Both the position numbers and the translations under genes were made by a program. DNA of 64,000 nt from Cyanophora paradoxa CCMP329 (lineage: Eukaryota; Plantae; Glaucophyta): positions 186,001 to 250,000 of the forward strand of contig QPMI01000059.1 of assembly GCA_004431415.1 (NCBI GenBank), in the 5' to 3' direction. The notes under the pieces were generated by a model that saw only the letters and a list, made by a program, of their open reading frames with translations, had not been told where the DNA came from and made no database searches. Shown here one piece after another: positions 49,212 to 59,700 of the stretch (the stretch's first letter is position 1; every line of letters begins with the position of its first letter).

Positions 49212-51065
49212 ATGATGTTCGCCGCGATTGCAGCGGTCGCCGCCGCCGGCGGCCTCTACGGAGTGTTCCAGAAGGTGCGCATCGCCTTTCCGCGGCGCGG
49301 CGCGCCCGGCGGCCCGGCCGCTGCGGCATTCAGTCATTCAGAGGCGGCGCACGCACGCCGCACCCGTCTCCGGCCGCGCCTCTGCCTGGCCGGTCGTGTC
49401 GGCGCCTCTCTCTTACGCACGCGCGCAGAAGCGGCTCTCGTGGCGGCTGCAGGCGGCGCTCAAGGGCGTCTCGCTGTCCGGCAAGCACGTCATCGTCACG
49501 GGAGGCGAGCCGCGTGCCGCCATCCTTCCGCGGCCGTACGCAAGGCAAGCCCGTCCGCGGCGCAGGGAACGTGGGGCTGGGCTTCGAGGCGGCGAAGGCG
49601 CTCCGCGCAATGGGCGCGAGCGTCGTCATCGCGTGCCGAGACATGAAGAAGGCGAGCGCTGCCGTGGAAGCCATCTCAAAGGAATCCGTCCCGGGAGCCG
49701 GCACCATCGAGGCGATGGAGCTCGACCTCTCCAGCTTCAAGGTGCGCGCTCTCAGCGTCTCTTCGTATCTCTCAGGCGCAGATTACGTATCCTCCGCACC
49801 GCGCGCCGCGCTCCTCATGCCCGATGGATCTCGCGCGCTCGCAGTCCGTGCGGGCGTTCGCGGAGAAGTACCTCGCGACGAAGCGGCCTCTGCACGTTCT
49901 CCTCAACAACGCGGGCTGCGCCTTCGTTCCCGGGAAGACCGCCGACGGCCTCGACTGGGTGCGCTCCTCCGGGATCCTCTCCTCGATCGAACTCGAATTC
50001 GAATTCGAATTTGATCTCAGACGTACGGCGTGAACCACTACGGGCACTACCTCCTCACGCGCCTCCTCATGCCCGCGCTCGCCGCCTCCGCCCCGTCCCG
50101 CGTCGTCAACGTCTCGTCTCTCGCGGCCTTCGCCGGTTCGAATCCGGTTGAGACCCCTTTCGAATCCCTCCCGGTTGAAGCTCCGCAGGCGCTGTGGACC
50201 TGGAAGACATGCGGGGCCTCAAACGGCCCTCCTCGACCTGGGGAATGTGCGTACCCCGCCCGCTTTCAAGATTCGATCCCGGCCCTCCCTTTGTTTCATG
50301 TGCCTCGGCAGGTTCCGGTCCTACGGGGATTCGAAACTGTTCAACGTGCTATTCACGGAGGAGCTCGTGAAGCGCGCCCCGTGCGCCCGTACCCCCCTCA
50401 GCCCCCCCGGACCGCGCTGTACCCCCCTTCGACTTTGTTCGTCCCTGCTAGGCCTGGAGTGGCTGCAGTCGCGCTGCACCCCGGGACCGTGCGCCGCAGT
50501 ACCCCCTTTTTTTCTTCACTCTGTGCTCACGCGCCTTCTCCCGAACCAGATCTTGGGTAGCGAGTTTTCCCGCAACGCCCCCCGGGTACCCCACGCGCGC
50601 TCTCTCTCCCCCCTCCCCTGATATCTCGTACCCCTCCAGTTCTTCGAGCTCCCGAGGCGGGCCGCGGTGGCGGCCGGGGAGAGTACCGTCCTCAAGACCC
50701 CCGCGGAGGGTACGGGTTCCAAGCGGGCGATTAATGTCCCTCGCGGGGTTCGAACCCGAACTTGCGCAGGGGCGATGAATTTGATCCTGGCGGCCGCTGA
50801 CCCTTCCATCACCCGCGAGCAAGGCGGTGCGCGGGGCCTGTACCCCCTTTCCTCTTCTTTAATTTCTGAAAACGCTACCCCACCTCAGCCGTCTGGGTCG
50901 ACATGTGCGTGGCGGGCCCCGTACCCCCGCGGCTGCACGCCCAGGTCCGCCACAGCACCGCGTACCGTAGTACCCCGCGTCTCCCGATCTCACTGTACCC
51001 CTCAGGCGGTCCACGCGGAGAGGCTGTGGACGGAAAGCGCCGCGGCGTCCGGTCTATCCCCCTGA
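49212..51065 (+). CDS. Short-chain dehydrogenase/reductase (retinol dehydrogenase/WWOX-like)
   Basis: Spliced VIVTGGNVGLG, VVIACRD, LDLSSFKSV, LLNNAG, VNHYGHYLLT, RVVNVSS, YGDSKLFN, ALHPG, AERLWTES. Confidence 0.92.
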
Positions 51066-51199
51066 CAGAGGCCCCCAGCCCCTTCGGTGCCGGCTGTAGG
51101 CTAGATCTAGAAGCTAGAGCCCTGTACATGATACATGTAAACTAACTAGTACTGAATTTCGAGTTCGAACGAGAGCAGGCTCATTAGTACTAGTTATGA

Positions 51200-53662
51200 T
51201 TACTCGGCGCCGGCGGGGGTGGGCCCGTCCATGAGGCGCCAGACCCAGGCGAGGCCCGAGCCGATGAGCAGCATGAAGACGGTCGAGACGGCGCTCGCGA
51301 GGGGCGTCCGCGGGTCCGCGAAGTGCAGCTGCGCGCGCGCGCGCCCGCGGGGTCGAATCCGAGCAGGAAGATTATAAAAGGCGAAGGGAGGCCGATAGGC
51401 TAGAAACCAGGGCTCAGGAAAGGATGCTGAGCCCAGCCTGGCAGAAAGGGCTGAGCCTAGGACGACGGCCGCCCCGCTTAGCCCAGCCCGCTTAGGTCGA
51501 ATCCGAGCAGGAGGAAGATTCAGAGGCGAAGGGAGGCTAGATCCCAAGCTAAGGGTATCGAATCCGAGCAGCGAGGCTAGATCTCTGGCTAGACCTAGAG
51601 AGGCTAGAGGAATCCGAGCAGGAGGAAGAGTCAAGAGGCGAGGGGATCCGGAGGCCGATATCGACCCCTAGGCTAGAAGCCAGGACCCAGGAAAGGCTGC
51701 TGAGCCCAGCTGCAGAAAGGGCTGAGCCCAGAAAGGGATGAGCCTAGGACACGGCAAGTTGCAACGTCGGCAACCCCGCTTAGCCCCTCGGGATGGCCGG
51801 CGCTCCCAGGCGCTCCAGCTGAAAGAAAGGGCCCCGCGGGGATTCGAACCTTGGCGAGGACGACGCCGAGGGCGCCGGAGATGGTACCCACGTTGAGCGA
51901 GATCGTCCGCCGCGTGCTCCGGTCGCTTCCCAGCGCCTAATTATAGGTACGAAGAAGGGGTGTACAGTGAGGAAGGGAGGAAGGAGGGGGGGGGGGGGGG
52001 GGGGGGGCGGGGGGGGGGCGGGCCTTGGCGATCTGGTACCCCCCGAGAAAGGCCCCGACGTGGAGAAGGAAGACCGACCCGATGAACTTCAGGCCCGAAG
52101 AGACCAGCGCCTGCGGGGGGTACGGGATAAGGAAAGAAGAGCCGGGGGGAGGGGGGGAGAAGGAGGAGGGGGAGACCTGCTTGTTCTGGGAGAGTGCCGC
52201 CCCGCAGCAGAGGCAGGTTGCCTGCGAGGGGGTACGGTGTCAGAAAGGGCTGGGGGGTACGCGGTCGCCGCGGCGCACGAGGGAGGCCACGAGGGGGGAT
52301 ACGGGCTTGACCGCCGCCACGACCTGGGGGAGGCGTGAAGGGGGTACGGCTTCTGGGGGGTACGGGGTACGGGGACCGGACCTTGGGTACGTACTGGTTC
52401 AATGCTACGCCGGCGAAGACGGGGAGGAGGACGACCTGCGCGGGGTATCGAAAAGGCAGGGAGGGGGGTACGAGAGCTGGGCCAAGGACCTCGAGGGTCG
52501 ATTTCGCGAGCTGGAGGGCGTTGACGGGTACGAGAGTCCCCACGAGCAGCTTCGTCAGCAGCGGAGTCATCGCGGCCTGGGGACGGCGTCAGGGAGGGTA
52601 CAGGAGGGATCGGCGGGGGGGGGGGGTATGCGCTCGCCGCTCCGAGGTACGAGCACGCGGAGATCATGACGGAGAGCTGAGGGCGCGGGTTCGAATCCGA
52701 GTTGGAGTGTTTTGAGAAGGGGGGTACGTGCGTACGGCAACGTTCCCGCGGGCAATGAAGGTCATGAGGTTCGCGGCTACCCCCCCAGGGCAGCAGGCGC
52801 AGAGGATGAGGCCGACCTGGGGGTACCAGGGTTCGCAGGAGGACCGGGGGCGGCTGCCGGGGCGGGGTACGCGCCTTCATGCCGACGTCCATACCTGCTA
52901 GGTTGCCGAGAGCGAGCCCAAGGAGCGGGCAGAGAGTGTAGTGGAGAACGAAGGCGGTGAGGATGGGTACCGGTTGCCGGACAACGCCAGCGAAATCCGT
53001 GATCTTGAGCCCCAGGCCCGTCCTGCTCCCGGATATGAGAGACGTCTCGAACTAGATTCGGAATGGGTGGCGGCCGCACGAGAACATGATCCTGCGAAGC
53101 GCCGAAGCTGAGGGTCAGCCGCGGTGACGCAATTGCAAAGCCCGCGGGGGGCGGGAAGCGCGGGCCGCGCCACGCACGTTGCGAGGGCGCGCGTGAGCTC
53201 CTTAGCTCCGACCCAGGCGTAGAACTCCGGCTTTACGTATGCGATCGCGCACGCGGCAACCAGCATCGGGATGAAGAAGTCCGAACTCCTAGAAAGCGCG
53301 TTCCGCACGGTTTCCAGCAGCGTGGGCTTCGCTCCGGGCGATGGAGAAGACGCCGTGGCCTCTACCAGGAACGGCCGCGGCGCCGGCCCCGCCGCATACG
53401 CCGGGGCCGAGCGGCCCGCCGTAAACGAGCAGGCGCCGCCGAAGAAGCTGCGGCTGGAGAGAGCGGCCGCCGCCTCGGTGGCACGCGAAGCACGGGCCGC
53501 ACCTCGCGCGCGGGCGCCAGCGGCCTCGGGCCAGCAGCTGGGGCATCGCGCGGCGTCGGGTGCGCGACGAGGAGCAGCGCTCCAGAACGTCTCAGCGCGG
53601 CGGCCGGACCCGCGAACAGCCGCGCCGGCCGGGGAGGGCGCCAGGAACGCAGTGCGATCCAT
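51200..53662 (-). CDS. Bile acid:sodium symporter (BASS/SBF) family transporter, probably plastid-targeted
   Basis: Ser/Ala/Arg-rich leader [11 protein letters not shown]; spliced [91 protein letters not shown]. Confidence 0.88.
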
Positions 53663-53740
53663 GAGGGCCGGGTACACGAACTGGCAGCACTTTCGCCCCC
53701 CCTCGACTTGCGCGGGAGCGTCTACTTTCAAGCCGCAGCG

Positions 53741-56700
53741 ATGGGGCTGGTGCGTTCGAGCGCGGCGAGAGTCTAGAGCGGATCATCAGCGTCGAGCGGG
53801 CCGGCCGCCTCGCCAGCCCAGAATTCAAACTTCGCGCGGCCCGTATGCTGACTCGGCCGCGCCGCAGGACCCGTCGCTGCAGTTGGACGACGAAGACGAT
53901 GTGCTAGGACTGGAGGTGCCAGCGTGCGTGCCCGCGAGGACCTCGATCAGCCCCGCGGCCGGCAGCGTCCCTGTTTTCGACCTGTCGTCGCCCGCATCGC
54001 CCCCCAAGCACGCAAAGGCCCGCGCGTCGGAAGGGCGATCGGAGCTCGACACTCCAGCGCTCGTCGAGCTGAAGGTGCGCTGGCCGCCGTGCGGCGGAAG
54101 CCCGTGCGGGCGTCCGACCTGAGTGTGGCTCGCGCGTCTGCAGGAGGACGAGGAGGAGGAGAGAACGCCAGATACGACACACAAGACTATGCAAGAGGAT
54201 CCGGCAGAGGCGCCAGCGCCCACCGCGAAGCCTGCGGGCGGGAGGGCGAGCGTCGGCGGCGGCGGCGGCAACGGCGGCGGGAAGGGCGGCCGGCGGAAGC
54301 CGAAGCCGGAGCTCGCGCCCAGCCTCGACCGCTACTTTGGCAAGCCGAAGGCGGCGGAATCCGAGCCGCAGGCGGCCGCCGCGCCCGCGGAGAGCGAGCA
54401 GCCGGCGGCGGCGGAGGCGGAGGCGCCCGCCGAGCCGAAGCGCGCGCGGAAGCGTCGCTCAACGAAGGCGGAGAAGGATGAAGCGGAGACGCCCGCGCCC
54501 GCCGCGCCCGCCGCTGCTCAGGAGGCGGCGCCCGCAGCCGCGCCGGCGCCGGATGCCCCCTCCGAGCAGAGCTCGCCCCGCCGCCCGCGGCGCCCGCGCC
54601 GCATGGCGCCCCCCGCCCCAGGAGCCCTCGCGGACGAAGCGGAGGATACTTCGCCGGCCGCCGCTCCGGAGGCCGGCGCCGGCCCCGGCAAGGTTGGTGG
54701 GCCCGCGGAGCCCGCGGCGGCCCCGCAGGCGGCCCCGGCGCCGGCAAAGGCGAAGGCGGCCCCGGCGCACCCGTTCTTCGCCCCGCGGGCGGCCAAAGCG
54801 GCGGCGGCGGCGGCCGCAATTGAGGCGAAGGCTCAGGAGGAAGCGGCGGCGGCAGCGGCAGCGGCAGAAGGCGGGGCCAAGCGGCGTAAGGGCAAGGCCA
54901 AGGAGGAGGAGGCGGATGAGGAGGAGGCGATCGACGTCGAGAAGTCCCCACCGGAGGCGAAGCCGAAGCCGAAGCAGAAGCAAAAGCAGCAGAAGCAGAA
55001 GCAGCAGCAGCAGCGGCCAGACGAGGCCGTGATCGACGTGGAGAAGGAGCCAGAGCCCATCGAACTGGACGAAGCCCCCGCTGCTTCCTCCTCCTCTGAT
55101 TCCCGTGAGCGGCCGATTCATCTGACTGCTCGAATCGATGTATGTGCGTGACGCCCGCCGGCAGGGGCCGCAGAGACTGCCGCGGCGGCCCCCGCGGCCG
55201 GTCCTTCCAAGGCCCCTGTGAACGAGGACGGTGCTGCCCCTCCCTCCGCGCCCCGCCCCGCCCCGCCCCGTCCCGCCCCGCCCCGCCTGCCGCTCACGCC
55301 GCCCCGCCCGCCTCAGATATCCCGGAGTTCTTCCTCACGAAGGAACAGAGGGCCCGCCGCCTTGAGAAGAAGCGCGCGGCCGAGCGCGCCGCCGCCGCCG
55401 CCCGGTGCGCGCCCCGGGCCCGAACCCTCACCCGTACCCCCCGGGATCTGAATATCCTGTACCCAGGAGCCAGGAGGAGCTGAAGACCAACCAGAAGAAG
55501 GTCGCCGCGGAGGTCGCCGCCATCATCGGTGCCGTACCCCCTCCCTCCCCCTCTCCCCCCCCCTAACCTCTTCCACGGCGCAGGGGACAAGCCGACTCAC
55601 TGGTTCCTGCTGCCCTCGGCGCACGCGGCGCGGAAGCAGGAGGCGCAGGAGCGCGCGGCGGAGGAGCTGCCCCCGCCCGCCCCGCCCCAGTGCATGCTCC
55701 AGGTGAGAGCGCAGATCCCTCCCTCTCTCGCCCTAGGAATGTTGGGATCTAGTAGAGGCTCCCTCTAAGCAAGGGGCCCTTGCGCACTGCCCTTGAATCC
55801 GAACACGCCTCTGTCTAATCTAAACTAAGAGATCCAATCTAGGGGTCCTAATCTAGAGCGAGCTGCTGCAGTGCCTCTCTCTGCCTTGTAGCCCCGGCTA
55901 GGGCTCCATCTAAGGCGCCCGCCCTGTGCCCCGCCCGCCCGAACTGTCCGACCCCCAACACTGACACGCGCCCCTCGCCCGCTCAGACCGCGGCCCCCTT
56001 CCCCGCCCCCGAGTTCGCGCACGTCCGCGCCCTCGCCGACGCTGAGGCCGCCGCGCTCGGCCGGGCCGCCTCCCTCCCGCCCCTCCAAGCGGCGACGGCG
56101 GCGACGAAGGCGGCGGCGTACCCCCGTCCCTCCTCCTCCTCCTCCCGGCCCTTCGCGTGGCCGGCGGCGCCCCGGCGGGCATCCCCGGCCGCCCCGCCCC
56201 GGTCGGCGTCGCCTCTTTCCTCCCCCGGGGACGAGGAGGCCGCGGCGCGGGCCGCCGTGGGCGCCCTTCTCCCGGTCGCTGCTGAGGCCGGCCTGGACGC
56301 GGCGGCCCTGGCCTCGCTCCTCCGGTTCTACTCCGGGCGGTGCGAGTTAAGCGACGCGTCGGAGGCGGCCGCGGCCGCCCTGGGCCAGATGGTGGAGTCC
56401 CCCCCCCTCCCGGGGCTACCCGCGTGGACCGGCCCCGGCGCCGGTGCCCTCTGGTGCGACGAGCTCCACCCGGAGTCGATCGGGCAGATCTGCGGCAACG
56501 CCGCGCCGGCCGTCACGCTCGCCAAGTGGATGCAGGCACGCCTTCTCTTCCTCTTCTTCTCTTGTCCTTTCCTTTCTTCCTTCTTATTCCGCCCGCAGGA
56601 CTGGAAGCAGCGCATCCTGCAGTTCGGGACGGGTGCCCTCGCGCAGCGCAAGTCGCGCGCCCGCCGCCGGCGGAGCCAGTACATGTCCGCTCCCTCCTCC

Positions 56701-59700
56701 CTCCCGTCCCTTTTCATTTCCTTTCTTCTAACCCTTCTTCTTTTCCTTCTTTAAGGTATTCCGACGACGAGATCGAGTCGAGTGGAGATGAGGCCGACGT
56801 CGCGTCCATCCCGAACACGGTTCGAACTCGAATTTGCGCGCTCCTCTCTCAGCCGTTCGCGCGGCCGACGTCCGAGCGCGCAGCTTCTGATCGTGGGGCC
56901 GCCTGGGGTCGGCAAGTCGACTCTGATCTACGCGTGCGCTGCTGCGGCCGGAATGAATGTGCGTGGCTCCCTTCTGTGTGGTCCGCCGGGAGCTAGCTGC
57001 TAGCTCTAGATTCGATCCGGCGCGGGAGTCGCGCTGGCTAGCGCCAGCCCACGCCGGAGCTAGTGCGCGCCGCCGGGGCTAGCTGGGGCGGATCGTTCAG
57101 CGCGGCGCTAGTCTTCTTGGGCTAGGGCGCCGGCACCAGCCCGGGCGATCGCCATTGTCTGGCGTTCTGCCGTTGTGGCTCAGTGGTAGAGCATCAGTCT
57201 TGTAAACTGAGGGTCCCGAGTTCGATCCTCGGCAGCGGCTTTGGCTTTCGATCCAAACCCGATGGGCCCCCTTTTGACTTTTTTTCCTCTCCGTTTTTTC
57301 TCCAGGTCATCGAGCTCGACCGGACGGAGAAGCGCTCGCGGAAGAACGTGCTCGAGGGCGTCGGCGAGGCGACGCAGAGCCACACGCTCACCAAGTTCCG
57401 CGACTTCCTCTCCCGCCCGGGCGCCAAGCCGGCCGGATCGAATTCCGCGGCGGACGGCGGCGCGGGCGCTTCGAGCAAGGCAGCGGCGGAGGATGCGAGC
57501 AAGGCAGCGGCGGAGGATGCGATCGAGATCGAAGCCCCGGAGCCGAAGAAGGGCGCGCGCGGCAAGCGCGCGTCGAAGGCATCGAAGGCGAAGTCGACGC
57601 GCCGTCGGCAGTCCAGCGGGCGGCGCGGGCGGCGGCGCGGCAGCAGCTCCGACGAGTCGGAGGAGAGCGCCGGCGCCAGCAGCGATCAGGTAGACGAGCC
57701 GGCGGACGATTCGCACGCCGAAGAAGCGCCGTCGCCGCCCAAGCGCCGGCGCACGTCCCGCGGCGGCCCCTTGCAGCCGGCGGCCGCGCAGCCCGCCGCC
57801 GCGTCGAAGCGCGGGAAGGACGTCGCTGCGGCATCGAAGGAGGAGCACCAGCAGCAGCAGCCCGCAGCGCCGGCGAAGCCCGCGGCGAACGCCGGCATCA
57901 TGCGCTTCCTGAAGGTCGGCCCCGCCAAGGAGAAGCAGCCGCAGCAGCCGCAGCCGGCCGCTGAGCCGGAGCAACCGAAGCAAGCCCCGAAGCGCACGCC
58001 GGAGAAGGAGGACGCGCCCGCTGCGGAAGCGGAGACGGGGGCGCAGGAGGCCAGCGGCCGGCGGCGCCGCGGCCGGCCGCCCAAGGCGCAGGCGCAGGCG
58101 AAGCCCGAGCCCGAAGCGGAGCAGGCGGAGAAGGAGGAAGATGCGGAGGCGTTCCCTCGGCGCCGCAGGGGCCGCGTGTCTGCCGAATCTTCGGCGCCGA
58201 GCGAGGAGGCGAGCCCTCCGGCGCCCCCGCAGCGGCGCACGCGCGCCTCAGCAGCGTCGGCGGCGGCTGCGTCGGCGTCGGCGGCGGCTTCGGCCTCGGC
58301 AGCAGACGCGGAGGCCGAGCGCGCGTCTCCGCCCAAGAAGCGAGGGCGCGCGTCGGCCACAGAGGCGGCGGAGCCGGAGCCGGAGCCGGAGCCGCAGCCC
58401 GAGGCGAAGGATCCGCCGAAGCGAGCGTCGCGCCTGCGGCGGGTCGCGCCCGCCGTCGTCACCGTCAGCGATGACGACGACGAGGGCGGCGCGAGCGGGC
58501 CGCAGAAGAATAAGGTGCGGCCAGATGTCGCCCTCGCCCGCCGCGCCGCGCCTGCCGCTGACCCACGCCGCGCGCGCAGACGCAGGCTGACGGCGACGTT
58601 GAAGTTATGGAGCTCGACTCGCCAATGGCCCCGGCGGCGGCGGCGGCGGCGGCGCCCTCGCAGCAGCAGCCCGCGGCGCAGCCGTCGTCCTCGCAAGTTC
58701 CGACTCCCCCATCCTCCCAGCTCCAGACCCAGGCACGCCGCTTTCCCGTACCCCGTACCCCCGCAGCTCTCCTGATCTCCCCGTACCCCAGCCGGACGCG
58801 CAGGACGCATCCCAGAGCGCCCCGCCCGGCAGGTGCCCTAACCCTCCTTCCCTCCCACTCACACTTGTACCCCGGGGCCGAAAAGTTCACGTACCCTGCT
58901 ACCGGCAGCTCCCTGATCCTGTTCGAGGAGTGCGATGTTCTGGGCGACGACGAGCGCGGGTTCCCCTCCGTCCTGGAGAGCCTCATGCAGACCACCAAGT
59001 GCCCGATCCTCCTCACCGCCACCCGTGCGCCGCCGTTCCCCCCCCCTGCCCACCCGTCCGCCCGCTGACCGTACCCCCCCCCCCCCCCCCCCCCAGGCGT
59101 CCGGCCCGAGTACGAGGGCCTGCGGCTCCAGACGGGGCGGCTCCGCCCCCCGCCCCTCCCGGAGGTCGTCGTGCACCTCTCATTGGCCGCCGCCGCCCAC
59201 GGCGCGGCCCTGTACCCATCCGAGCTGGCCGACATCGCGTGCCTCTACCGGAGAGACATCCGCCGCAGCCTCGCCGCCCTGCAGCTCTACGCCCCGCGGC
59301 GCCCCGCCGCCCGCCGCCCTCTCCTCCGCGCCGCCGCCCTCTCGGCCCTCGCCGCCGCCGCTGCCGCGTGCCGCCCTGAGCTCCCGCTCCCGGAGGCGGA
59401 CCCGGCCCTGGTCGAGGTGAAAGAGGAGGAGAAGGACGAAGAAGCGAAGCAGGCGCCGCCGGCGCCTCAGCCGGTCGACGAGTTCCACGAGCCGAAGCAG
59501 GAGGAGCAGCAGCAGGAGCCGCCTGCAGACGAATCGCAGCCGGCGGCCGAGTCGCAGGAGTCGGAGGGCGCGGCAGGCGCCGGCGCAGCCGCGGCCGAAG
59601 CCGAGTACCTTCCGGATGCGGAGGCGAAGGCGGCAGCGGAGGCGGACGCCGCTTCGGAGGCGCCTCTGCATCCCAGCGGCCGCCCCGCGCGCTCCTCCCG

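Noticed and set aside
57400-58880. Huge low-complexity insert between Walker A and B as a novelty
   Set aside because: ATAD5/Elg1 proteins commonly have a disordered insertion here; only its length is notable.
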